Assembly (NCBI GenBank): GCA_964433815.1
Contig: CAYSSP010000006.1
Location: forward strand, 18,822 to 82,821
Direction: 5' to 3'
From: an uncultured Candidatus Cloacimonadota bacterium
GTDB lineage: Bacteria > Cloacimonadota > Cloacimonadia > Cloacimonadales > Cloacimonadaceae
DNA length: 64,000 nucleotides
This document shows positions 25,355 through 35,600 of the stretch, piece by piece. Within the stretch, counting starts at the first letter, position 1, and each line of letters starts with the position of its first letter. The translations under genes were made by a program, and so were the position numbers. Below the pieces are notes generated by a model that saw only the letters and a program-made list of their open reading frames with translations, was not told the DNA's origin and made no database searches.

Positions 25355-27034
25355 ATGGAAGAAAACAAGGTAATCTATTCGATGTCCGGGGTCGGAAAGG
25401 TCGTGGACGACAAAAAATACATACTAAAAGACATATACTTAGGCTACTACTACGGTGCAAAAATAGGAGTAGTAGGCCTGAACGGCTCCGGGAAAAGTAC
25501 TCTGCTCAAGATTATGGCAGGCTTGGACAAGGATTTCATCGGAGAAGTAGCTATGTCCAAGGGCTATACTATCGGCTATCTGGAGCAGGATCCCCAGCTT
25601 GATCCGAATAAAACAGTGCTTGAAGCAGTTCAGGAAGCCGTGAGTGAACCGGTAAAACTGCTGCAGCGTTTTGAAGAGATAAATCTGCAGTTTATGGAGC
25701 CTATGACTGATGATGAGATGAATGCGCTCATGGAAGAACAGGGCAAAGTGCAAGACAAGCTGGAAGCGCTCAATGCCTGGGATCTGGATAGCAGGCTGGA
25801 GCTGGCGATGGATGCTCTGCGCTGTCCTCCCCCGGATCTGCCCATCAGGGTAATTTCCGGCGGGGAAAAACGCCGGGTAGCCCTCTGCTGCTTGCTCTTG
25901 CAAGAGCCGGATATCCTCCTGCTGGACGAGCCTACAAACCATCTCGATGCAGAGACGATACTCTGGCTGGAGCATCACCTCAAGCAGTATAAAGGTACAG
26001 TTATCGCCATCACTCACGATCGATATTTCCTGGATAATGTCGCAGGCTGGATCCTGGAGCTGGATCGAGGCGAAGGAATACCCTACAAGGGAAATTACTC
26101 CTCCTGGCTGGAACAGAAGCAGGCTCGCCTGGCAAACGAAAAGAAAGCGGAAAGCAAAAGGCAAAAAGCTCTTGCAGACGAATTGGAGTGGATCCGGAGC
26201 AGCCCCAAAGCACGTCAGGCCAAGAGTAAGGCTCGCATCCAGAACTATGAAAAACTGGCTTCCGAGCAGTATAAAAAAGAAAATACAACCGATCAGATCA
26301 CGATCTTCCCCGGCCCCAAGCTGGGCACCAATGTGATCCGAGCCAGTGGCGTCTCCAAGGGTTACGAAGATAAGCTGCTCTATGAAAATCTAGAATTTAA
26401 CCTTCCTGCCGGCGGTATTGTCGGCGTGATCGGTCCCAATGGAGCAGGCAAAACCACTCTCTTTGAAATGATCGTGGGAAACATCACCCCAGATAGCGGC
26501 AGCATAGAGATCGGTGAGACGGTGAAACTATCCTATATCAACCAATCCAGAATGATGCAATCCGACAAAACCTTGCTGGAACTGATCGGCGAGGGCAGAG
26601 ACGTCCTAAAGATCGGAGATCGTGAGATCAACGTACGGGAATACATCAGCAAGTTCAATTTCTCCAGCAAAGAGCACATCAAACCGATCAATATCCTCAG
26701 CGGTGGAGAGAAAAACCGGGCATACCTGGCACTCTCACTGCAAGCCGGCGGTAATGTGCTGCTACTTGACGAACCCACAAACGATCTGGATGTCTATACC
26801 ATCCATGCACTGGAAGAAGCTCTGCTGGATTTTGCCGGATGCGCTGTAGTAATCAGCCATGATCGTTACTTTTTGGATCGGGTCTGCACTCATATCCTGG
26901 CATTTGAAGGCGAAAGCACTGCACAGTGGTATGAAGGAAACTTCAGCGATTACGAGGAGAACAAGCTCCAGCGCCTGGGTGAAAAAGCCCTGATCCCCAA
27001 AAGGATTACCTACAGGAAGCTGACCAGAGTCTAA
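25355..27034 (+). CDS. ettA: Energy-dependent translational throttle protein EttA (ABC-F)
   Basis: 559 aa with two ABC cassettes. The N-terminus '[51 protein letters not shown]' is collinear with E. coli EttA. Confidence 0.9.
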   Translation: MEENKVIYSMSGVGKVVDDKKYILKDIYLGYYYGAKIGVVGLNGSGKSTLLKIMAGLDKDFIGEVAMSKGYTIGYLEQDPQLDPNKTVLEAVQEAVSEPVKLLQRFEEINLQFMEPMTDDEMNALMEEQGKVQDKLEALNAWDLDSRLELAMDALRCPPPDLPIRVISGGEKRRVALCCLLLQEPDILLLDEPTNHLDAETILWLEHHLKQYKGTVIAITHDRYFLDNVAGWILELDRGEGIPYKGNYSSWLEQKQARLANEKKAESKRQKALADELEWIRSSPKARQAKSKARIQNYEKLASEQYKKENTTDQITIFPGPKLGTNVIRASGVSKGYEDKLLYENLEFNLPAGGIVGVIGPNGAGKTTLFEMIVGNITPDSGSIEIGETVKLSYINQSRMMQSDKTLLELIGEGRDVLKIGDREINVREYISKFNFSSKEHIKPINILSGGEKNRAYLALSLQAGGNVLLLDEPTNDLDVYTIHALEEALLDFAGCAVVISHDRYFLDRVCTHILAFEGESTAQWYEGNFSDYEENKLQRLGEKALIPKRITYRKLTRV

Positions 27035-27162
27035 AGCCGTGATCTCCCTGCTCCGTCTGCCCGTCCACCCAACTGTCACCCACGGGGGGGGGCAAGGAAA
27101 AGTCTTGACTCTGAGAGCTTGCCGAATTTAAGAGAGAAAATTTCTAAACTCAAGGAATGATC

Positions 27163-28563
27163 ATGGAGAATATCCGCATCGGAATCGTGGGAAACATTGG
27201 AGTGGGTAAATCCACATTTATAGAAGCGGCAAGTTCCGCACCTCTGAATAAAGTACTGACCTCGGTTTATCCCAAGGCAAACGGCACGGAAGGTGTATAT
27301 GCCTTTCCGGAGAAGTTCAATCCCATCGTATTGGATTCATTTTATCAAGATCCTGTCGCCAATGCCTTTATGGCACAGATAGAATTTTTCAATGGCAGAT
27401 TAGACCGCCAAAAGCTGATTCATTCCTGCCGGGGGATAGTCCTCGAAGATCGCACTCTGGCAGAGGATTACCATATCTTTGGCAAAGCACAGCGCATCCT
27501 CCAGAATATGTCCGAACCGGAATTTATCGCTTACCAGCGCACCTACAGGCTGATGACAGAACAGATCAAAGAGCCTGACCTCCTCGTTTATTTCAAAGCT
27601 GATGTCCCCACCCTCCTGGAACGGATCAGGGAGCGTGGCAGGGCGAGCGAACTGGCAATCGCCCCGGAATATCTGGAACTGCTGAATAATCTCTACGAAG
27701 ATTTTGTAGCGCATCACGTGCAATGCCCTGTGCTGGTAATCGACGCTGACAAAGCCGTGGACAAGGCGGAGTGGCAACGGCGCACTGTCAATCTGGTCAC
27801 GGAGCAGGTCAAAGCCCTTGGTCTCCGTGTATCCAGCCCCGGCATCAGCGAATGGGTCACCCTGCCTCAGACCGAAGCCACGCTCAGAGCCATTGATGTG
27901 GAGCGCAATCTGGAGGAGTATCTGGCTCTTCACCCAAAACTGATCACCATAGCTGGAAACGTTGGCCTCGGCAAATCCACCCTTACAGCCATTATGGGAC
28001 GCAGCCTAAAGATTAATACCCTTTACGAAAAACCGGAAGAAAACCCCCTACTGGAGAAATTCCTGGGTGATAAAAAGAGCTATTGCTACGATCTGCAATT
28101 GCACTTTCTACAGATGCGGGCGCAGCAACGCCGTCTCGGGAAATGCGGAGATGCCAGCTATGTAAAAGATCGCTCCCTCCCGGAAGATCTACTGGTCTTT
28201 TGCAATCAGTTCCACGCGGACGGATTGCTGACCGATGACGAACTGGACAACCTGGTGACCCAGTTTCAGACAGTCAACCGCGAACTCCCCTCCTCCGATC
28301 TGATCATCCTCTTGCAAGGCAGCCCTTCCCTAGCTTGGGAACGCATCCAGCAGCGTGGCAGAGAGATGGAGATCGAAGGCGGCTGGCAATATAACGAGAT
28401 CAAAAACCTGAATCATTGGTACAAGAGCTATGGCACGAACGTTGTCAAGCTGGGCTTTCACAATGGCCCCGTCCTGGAGATCGACGTCGAAAAGCTGGAT
28501 CTCACAAACCGTATCCACGTTGGCTATATCTTCGAACGAGTGCTGGAGATATTGAAAGGGTAA
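27163..28563 (+). CDS. Fused tandem deoxynucleoside kinase (two complete dNK domains)
   Basis: Domain 1 has P-loop 'GNIGVGKST', 'EDRTLAEDYHIF' and lid 'RERGRASE'. Domain 2 has 'GNVGLGKST', 'KDRSLPEDLLVF' and 'QQRGREME'. The start is set at the second ATG (27163), 6 nt after AAGGA. The ATG at 27157 is also possible. Confidence 0.8.
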   Translation: MENIRIGIVGNIGVGKSTFIEAASSAPLNKVLTSVYPKANGTEGVYAFPEKFNPIVLDSFYQDPVANAFMAQIEFFNGRLDRQKLIHSCRGIVLEDRTLAEDYHIFGKAQRILQNMSEPEFIAYQRTYRLMTEQIKEPDLLVYFKADVPTLLERIRERGRASELAIAPEYLELLNNLYEDFVAHHVQCPVLVIDADKAVDKAEWQRRTVNLVTEQVKALGLRVSSPGISEWVTLPQTEATLRAIDVERNLEEYLALHPKLITIAGNVGLGKSTLTAIMGRSLKINTLYEKPEENPLLEKFLGDKKSYCYDLQLHFLQMRAQQRRLGKCGDASYVKDRSLPEDLLVFCNQFHADGLLTDDELDNLVTQFQTVNRELPSSDLIILLQGSPSLAWERIQQRGREMEIEGGWQYNEIKNLNHWYKSYGTNVVKLGFHNGPVLEIDVEKLDLTNRIHVGYIFERVLEILKG

Positions 28564-28669
28564 AGAAAGGATAAACGAAGTCACCTCACAAGACTTACTA
28601 TAGCCCTTGCACCTATAGTATGGAGTGATAAGTACCTACCTCAAGTAGGTAGCCGTCTAGGGAAAAGAT

Positions 28670-29416
28670 CTACCCTACATCATCGCTTGAGGAATTATAC
28701 TTCACGACTTTTTCCCAATCAATCGATCCATTCTTCTTGCAGAAGTCCCGAATAAACTCTTGGGACAATTTATTAACTAATGAATTGTAATTTTCCAAGA
28801 ACGCATCATTCTGAGCTTTGGCCCCTGTGCCCAGCGGTTTGATTATATCTACGTACAAGCTTTCTTCGCCTGAGATAAACTCCCAGAACTTTTGTCCACA
28901 ATACTTATAGTAATTGCCGGTCTTTAGTGATTTTCCAGATTTCCCATAGCAGCATCCGTTTACTACCTCAACGATTTGCTTTGAGTTTGAGGTTTTTATT
29001 GTCTTAATGGCTTTTTCGAAGTTCAACATCATTTTTTTGATCTGGTCTGAGTTTCCCCAGTTAGGGCCCGACTTTATACTGACAAGATATCTAATGCCAT
29101 CTCTATCAAACTCTAGATCAATACCAAGAGTAGAAGACTTCTTCCCAGAGTACACTTTCTGGTTCACAAAAATTGCCAGCCCTTCCAACCAATCTCCAAA
29201 TATTGTTTCTTCACTAGAACTCAAATGAGCGTCTAAAACACACTTCACGAAATCAGTTGCAATGCCAATGTTCTTTACCTTGTATAAGTATGGATTCTTG
29301 CGACTTAAGAGCTTTTTTAAATTAACACTTTGTAAACTGCTTAGTCGGCTAGTATGATAATTCTTGATATTGTCCTTTACGTACTTTTCAATTTCCTTAA
29401 TTAATGATGGATTCAT
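28670..29416 (-). CDS. Candidate type II restriction endonuclease
   Basis: It lies immediately downstream of the methyltransferase and overlaps it by 20 nt. It shares the same AT-rich composition. 'GIDLEF..DGIRYLVSIKSG' is a PD-(D/E)xK-like arrangement. I cannot assign the family by eye. The start is at MNPSLIKE, with GAGGGG upstream. Confidence 0.5.
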   Translation of the reverse strand: MNPSLIKEIEKYVKDNIKNYHTSRLSSLQSVNLKKLLSRKNPYLYKVKNIGIATDFVKCVLDAHLSSSEETIFGDWLEGLAIFVNQKVYSGKKSSTLGIDLEFDRDGIRYLVSIKSGPNWGNSDQIKKMMLNFEKAIKTIKTSNSKQIVEVVNGCCYGKSGKSLKTGNYYKYCGQKFWEFISGEESLYVDIIKPLGTGAKAQNDAFLENYNSLVNKLSQEFIRDFCKKNGSIDWEKVVKYNSSSDDVG

Positions 29417-30299
29417 AACACCCCTCAATTTCGTTATATAACAACCCGATATCCTCAAGTTTTTTCTTTGTCATTTCAACATACTCAGGTATCAAATCTA
29501 TCCCTATGCAACTACGGCCCAATCTTTCGGCTGCATATATAGTAGTACCTGATCCCATAAAAGGATCAAGGACCATACCTTTTTCGTGGGTAAATAGCTT
29601 GATAAACCACAATGGCAATTCCTGAGGATAAGCGGCGCTGTGGTTTCTGTTATAACATTCTGTAGCCATAGTAAGTACGTTACTTGGATACACATAATCT
29701 CTACCAATCCAATTTGATACGTTCTTTCCAAAGCCGCTGTTGTTCTTTGCGTTATCTCTTATCATATCTGTATTTGAGAGTTTCTTCAGCCTACTTTGCG
29801 CCCAGTCCCCCACTGGAACCTTTACTGCTTCTTGATCCATATAGAACTTCCGACTCTTGTTAAATTGTAGTAATCTCTCCCAGCTATCGCGAAATCTATT
29901 TGGCCATTTTCCGGGATAGCTATTCTTCTTGTTCCATATAAACTCTTCGGTCCACAACCACCCTATCTTCCTCATCTCCAGAATAAGATTTAGTACATAG
30001 ACACTCCGTTCTCCATTGACTACTTTCTCTTTGATGTTCAAGATGAATGTCCCTGATGGTTTTAACACTCTAAGCAGCTCGATGGCAATTGGCATAAACC
30101 AATCTACATAATCGTCAGCTTTAATTCCTCCGTATGTGCCTTTTCTTTGATCAGAATAGGGCGGTGACGTTATTATCAGGTCAATAGAGCTATCTGGAAT
30201 ACTCTTCAATACCTCCCTAGAGTCACCCAATAGAATGCTATACTTAGTTCTTTGCCTATTCAAAGATAGCTCATTTAAACTTCTTACTGGCATAGACAT
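29397..30299 (-). CDS. Beta-class amino DNA methyltransferase (N4-cytosine or N6-adenine)
   Basis: Motif IV 'DLIITSPPY' is N-terminal and motif I 'VLDPFMGSGTT' is C-terminal. SPPY is more typical of N4-cytosine enzymes. Confidence 0.85.
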   Translation of the reverse strand: MSMPVRSLNELSLNRQRTKYSILLGDSREVLKSIPDSSIDLIITSPPYSDQRKGTYGGIKADDYVDWFMPIAIELLRVLKPSGTFILNIKEKVVNGERSVYVLNLILEMRKIGWLWTEEFIWNKKNSYPGKWPNRFRDSWERLLQFNKSRKFYMDQEAVKVPVGDWAQSRLKKLSNTDMIRDNAKNNSGFGKNVSNWIGRDYVYPSNVLTMATECYNRNHSAAYPQELPLWFIKLFTHEKGMVLDPFMGSGTTIYAAERLGRSCIGIDLIPEYVEMTKKKLEDIGLLYNEIEGCYESIIN

Positions 30300-30449
30300 A
30301 ACAATTTCCCCCTTTGATAGGTATCTGTTGTTCCAATAGAAGGCGATTACTTTCCAATGTCAAGTAGAATTTTATTAGATCCGTTGCAGTGATCTCTGTC
30401 AATGATTAAGGAAAGTCTATCCAGTCAACGAGTACCATGCTTACATCAC

Positions 30450-30535
30450 ATTGATCTACAGGATATCACCAGCAAATCAAGAGCAAATCAAGTCGAACCG
30501 GGTTCGAGGTGATTTGCTCTTGATTTGCTCTTGAT
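30450..30535. repeat. Palindromic dispersed repeat, family A, copy 2
   Basis: Near-identical to 8127-8217, but the asymmetric centre is inverted (agtcgaaccgggttcgagg against cctcgaacccggttcgact). Confidence 0.85.
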
Positions 30536-30846
30536 CTGCTTTAAACCACCCACAGGAAAGCTGAAGGATCCGTGCGCGTGTGTTTCACAAGGAGAGTGCA
30601 AAACCCTGTGGTAAACCACGACTCTACAACTATTAACAGCCACAGTACCAATATAAACTTGACAGTGCAGACATAAATCGCACACTATACCGTCAGCGAG
30701 ATTGGGTAAGAGAGTAAGCTCGAAAAGTCCTGGATTGCACACCAACAGTCTCGTATGTTTAGTATCTGAAACCAGATATTAACAAACGAGGAGCTTATGA
30801 AGACTAAGGTAATCGTCCAGTCAAATAAAAAGGATCAGATAGATAT

Positions 30847-31641
30847 TTGGAAAAAAACATATACATTAGCTTGAGAGCGATCAGCCCTAATGCCGAAGAA
30901 TTTGTCCGGCATTGTGGCGCAGATGTCTTGTGGAAAGACTCCTCCGATCAAAGCTCCAGCTGCATCATCACAACAAGAACTGACAGGCTGGGAATCGTCT
31001 TTGCCAGCATCGAACCCCCCTGTCCGGAGAAAGCTCGATTTATCTTATGCAAGGCTTTAGACGATCTCTGTACCGAGCCTGATCTCACAGAACGCTGCTT
31101 CAATTGCCGTGGTAACGACCAACTGTCACGCGATCTGGCACAAATAATGGGGTTCAAGCTGGAAATGGCGGGCTATTTCCTGACCCGCAGAAATCCACCG
31201 GAGCAAGTCCCCAAATTGAGCGGATTGCGAGCCTATCAAGCTTCTGATCAGGATAGCTGGGTTGAACTGAGCCACCTCAGTTACAGGAAACTCTGCCAGG
31301 TGAATGGCTGGAATACGCAAATCATCCACGATCCAAAAGTGTTTGGGCAAGATATGCTGCAACGGGTGACTAGAAACGAAGCTTGGTCTTATCTTGAACA
31401 AGGCAAACTGATAGGTGGATACAGGTTGAATGGCAGTTTTATAGAAGATATCCTTGTGCTGCCGGAGCATCAGAACCGCGGCTTGGGTTCCCAACTGCTC
31501 GAGTATGCAGTGGCACGGGTGATGCAGAATGGCTTTGCAGAGGTCAATCTGCGTGTCGCGGAAAGCAACACTGCCGCATTAAGGCTATACCAACGAAGGC
31601 AGTTTGTTCTGGTCAGCCACTTTGCGGAGCATTGCTATTAA
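30847..31641 (+). CDS. GNAT-family N-acetyltransferase (5' end uncertain)
   Basis: C-terminal 'EHQNRGLGSQLLEYAVARVMQNGFAEVNLRVAESNTAALRLYQRRQF'. Only a TTG start without an RBS is available in this frame. See the A7-tract finding. Confidence 0.7.
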   Translation: MEKNIYISLRAISPNAEEFVRHCGADVLWKDSSDQSSSCIITTRTDRLGIVFASIEPPCPEKARFILCKALDDLCTEPDLTERCFNCRGNDQLSRDLAQIMGFKLEMAGYFLTRRNPPEQVPKLSGLRAYQASDQDSWVELSHLSYRKLCQVNGWNTQIIHDPKVFGQDMLQRVTRNEAWSYLEQGKLIGGYRLNGSFIEDILVLPEHQNRGLGSQLLEYAVARVMQNGFAEVNLRVAESNTAALRLYQRRQFVLVSHFAEHCY

Positions 31642-31673
31642 GATTTGCTAAGGGGATGTATTAAAGGCCAATC

Positions 31674-32426
31674 TCAGTGTATCACGTCTGGGAAAGCCTG
31701 ATCCAGTCTGTCGAGATCTATAGTCCGAACCTCATCGGAGTGTTTTTGTGGTAAATCAACAAATTGGATGATCTGAGGATCCGCCGTGCCGGAGGCATCT
31801 TCGCTGAGGCTTACGATACAATTACTCGTTTTCATAGGTCTCACCGGGATTCCCTTTACAAGCGTAGCCCGGAATCCAGCTCTACTGATCTTTAGAATAT
31901 AAATCCCTGTTTTTAAATTCGCTAAAACGATCATACCCCTTGGATTTACCGTGCCCGAAAGAACCAACAGACTGTCTTGAAAGAGTTCATAAGTGCAATC
32001 AGCAAGACCTTGACCTGTTTGATCACAGACTTTCAGCGCAATTCTTCCGAGCGTCTCCCGAGGTGGATCGATGGCTGGACTGTCAGTGGGTATTATGTAA
32101 ATACCTCCACTTTTCATAATTACCGGAACTTTGGTTCTCTTACCAGCTCTAACCTCCACAAACAGCGAATCCACCCTCCAGTAAGCTATGAGTGAGACCT
32201 TCAATCTATAAGTCCCGGCAGGAACTCTGATCATAGCTTTCCCCCGGGCATTGGTCTGCCCACCGGTAATCCGTTGATCTCCCCGGAATACTGATATATT
32301 GGCATACTGAAGCGGCTCTCCGGATTCATTCTTCACTTTTACTGCTAATACTCCCAGATCAGTCGTATCGGCAACCGCGATTCCTACGATTAAGAGCAGA
32401 AGACACAACATAGCCTTAGCTTTCAT
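31674..32426 (-). CDS. Secreted protein with two carboxypeptidase-regulatory-like domains
   Basis: Signal peptide 'MKAKAMLCLLLLIVGIAVA'. There are two copies of the 'V.V.d..G.pl..a.v.l.........t...G......l..G.Y.l.vs..gy' pattern. Confidence 0.55.
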   Translation of the reverse strand: MKAKAMLCLLLLIVGIAVADTTDLGVLAVKVKNESGEPLQYANISVFRGDQRITGGQTNARGKAMIRVPAGTYRLKVSLIAYWRVDSLFVEVRAGKRTKVPVIMKSGGIYIIPTDSPAIDPPRETLGRIALKVCDQTGQGLADCTYELFQDSLLVLSGTVNPRGMIVLANLKTGIYILKISRAGFRATLVKGIPVRPMKTSNCIVSLSEDASGTADPQIIQFVDLPQKHSDEVRTIDLDRLDQAFPDVIH

Positions 32427-32657
32427 AAATCTGAACTCCTTGTTGTTTCACAAGCTACTGCAAGACAAAATTCTGTCAAGCATTTAGAGTGATCCTAAAC
32501 GGGGCAAACGGCCTGTAGATAAAGTGCCGCAGAGATTGCCAAAGGAAATATGTAATAACTATTGACATCCGTTGAGCTCTTGGCAGGGATGTTACAATCC
32601 CATATTTGTATCCACGATATTGTATGTAAATGATTAAACGTATATAGAGGAGACCCT

Positions 32658-35600
32658 ATGAAACGTGTATGGATTCTAATGATTCTCGTTTTCGCAATTG
32701 GCTTGGCAAATGCCGAAGTGCTGAGAGTGGGGCCGGGAGAAAACTCCCTTTGGGTGCTGAGTTCGAGCAGTACCGAGACAGTTTTGCAGTATCGGATCAG
32801 CAATTTCGAGCGTCAGCGGATTGAGATCAACGGCGAGGAATGGAACCGGATTCGCCTGCCCAAAGAGGGTATTTCACAGGACAAGGGAATGCCGGAATTG
32901 CCGGTCTATAACCGCAGCATCATCATCGATGGCGCCAGCCGTATGAAGCTGGAAGTGTATGACCTGGAGTATCTGGATATGCAGCTTGCGGTCGCTCCCT
33001 CCAAGGGCGTGATCACCAGAGACATCAATCCGGAGACGGTGCCTTACACCTTTGCTCCCGTCTATGGTGAAAGCGGATTTTATCCCAGGCAGATAGCCGA
33101 ACTCTCCGAGCCCTATATCCTGAGAGATTTCCGCGGAATCACAATCAAGACAGCACCCTTTGCCTATGATCCCCAGAGCGGGACTTTGAGGATTTATACG
33201 GGCTACAAAGTGCGCGTCTATGCGGATGGAATCGACAATCTGAATACACTTTCCGGCAGTCGCGGCGCGATCTCGCGGGATTTTGCACCTCTATACGAAA
33301 ATCACTTTGTAAATTGGAACAGCTACCGATACACTCCGGTAAGCGATAACTATGGCAAGCTTTTGGTGATCTGCCACACGAACTATCTCACCCAGATATT
33401 GCCTTATGTAAATTGGAAGAAGCAAAAGGGGATCCAAACCGAGCTGGTGGAATGGAGCACGATCGGAACCACCGCCGCTCACTTGCAGACCTATATCCAA
33501 AACCGGTATAATGCAGATAATACGATTGCCTATGTGCAATTGGTGGGTGACGCGCCCCAGATTCCGAGCTTGTCTTCGGGAGGCGGAGGCAGCGATCCCA
33601 GCTTCTCGCTGGTGGCGGGTAGCGATATGTATCCGGATATCTTTATCGGAAGATTCTCTGCGGAGACTGCAGCGCAGGTAACCGCTCAGATCAACAAAGC
33701 AATCGTCTATGAGCGTGATCTGACCACAACCGATAACTGGTTGAGCAAGGCTCTGGGCATTGCCTCCGCTGAAGGTGGAGGTACGCAGGGTGATAACGGC
33801 GAAAGCGATATTGCTCATATGAATCTGATCAGGACGGATCTCTTGAATTATGGCTATACGAGCGTGGATCAGGTCTATGATCCGGGTGCCAGCGCCAGCA
33901 CAGTGACCACAAATGTCAATGCAGGACGTGGCTTTATCAATTACGTCGGGCATGGCTCCGATACCTCCTGGGTTACGACGGGCTTTAGCTCCACCAATGC
34001 CAGCGCTCTCACCAATGGCAACAAGACTCCCTTTATTATGGATGTTGCCTGCGTGAATGGCAATTTTGTCTCGCTGACCTGCTTTGCCGAGGCTTGGATG
34101 CGCAATGCCAATGGCGGAGCAGTTGCGATCTATGCCAGCTCGATCAATCAGAGCTGGAACTCGCCGATGCGGGCTCAGGACGAAGCAACTGATCTCTTGA
34201 TTGCTGAATCAAAGACCACTACAGGCGGTCTGTATTACAACGCCTCCTGCAAGATGATGGATATTTATGGCAATACATCAGGTTCTGATGGCGTCAATAT
34301 GTTTAAGACCTGGCATATCTTTGGCGATGCTTCGCTGAAGATACGCACCAAGACGCCGCTTGCGATGACGGTTACGCATCCTGCCACGATCACGATCGGG
34401 ACGATGAGCGTTACGGTCAATACAGGCGTTGCCAACGCGATGGTGGCGATCACCTATAACAATACGATCTATGGGGTCGCCAATGCCAATAGCAGCGGAG
34501 TGGCAAGCGTTAGCCTCAGTAATCCGCCCTCGGGTGTGATCAACTATACGGTTACGGCTACAGCTTTTAACCGGGTTTCATACGTTGGGACGATCCAGCA
34601 GATCGCAGCCAGCGGACCCTATATGGGAGTGGAGACCGTTAGCTATACCGATGGCAACAACAGCATCGCTGAGTACAATGAGAACGGTGGCTTCAGTGTA
34701 TCTTTCAAGAATCTGGGCACCAGCACTGCCAGCAATGTGACGGCTACTCTCACTTGCAGTAGTCCCGGGATCACGATCACCGATAATTCCGAGACAATAG
34801 CCAGCCTGGCAGCCGGTGCATCCATCTTGAGAACCAATGCCTTTGGAATCAGCGTTGCGAATAATATCGCCAATGGCATGAGCGCCAGCTTTACGATCAC
34901 TATGACCAGCGGTACGGAAAACTGGACGCATAACTTTAGCCAGGTCTTTGCCGCACCTGCTCTTGCATTTGGCTCGATGATGGTAAGCGATCCCACCGGC
35001 AACAATAATGGCAGGATCGATCCGGGCGAGACAGTCACCATCACTATTCCTTTGAACAACACAGGCGCCGCATTGAGTCCTGCGGGAACAGCCAGCTTGA
35101 GCTCTGCCACGCAGGGTATTACCATCAATACCGGGAGTACAGGATTTACCGCTATCTCTGCCGGCGGAGCAACCAGCCTGAGCTTTGGCGTATCTGCGGC
35201 ATCCGGTATGACGCTGGGCACTGTGGCAAGCTTTAGCTTTACAGCAACTGCCGGGGCTTATACTGCAGCCAAGAATGAGACTCACGCAGTTGGTTTGATC
35301 CAGGAAGACTTTGAGACGGGTAATTTTACCGGCTATCCTTGGGTTTTGGGCGGTAATCTGCCTTGGACAGTCGCCAATACCGGAGCGCATGGCGGAACAT
35401 ATACAGCCAAGAGCGGAGTTATCACGCACAGTCAGGAATCCTCAATGGAGACCACGCGCATTCTCACCGGCTCCGGTAACCTGAGCTTCTGGTACAAAGT
35501 ATCATCCGAATCCACTTATGACTTCCTGAAGTTCTACATAGACGGAGTGGTGCAGGGATCGTGGTCCGGCACAGTGGATTGGACACAAGCAAACTATACT

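Noticed and set aside
25439-26164. A 241-aa antisense ORF within ettA
   Set aside because: ettA on the plus strand is unambiguous, so this is a shadow ORF.
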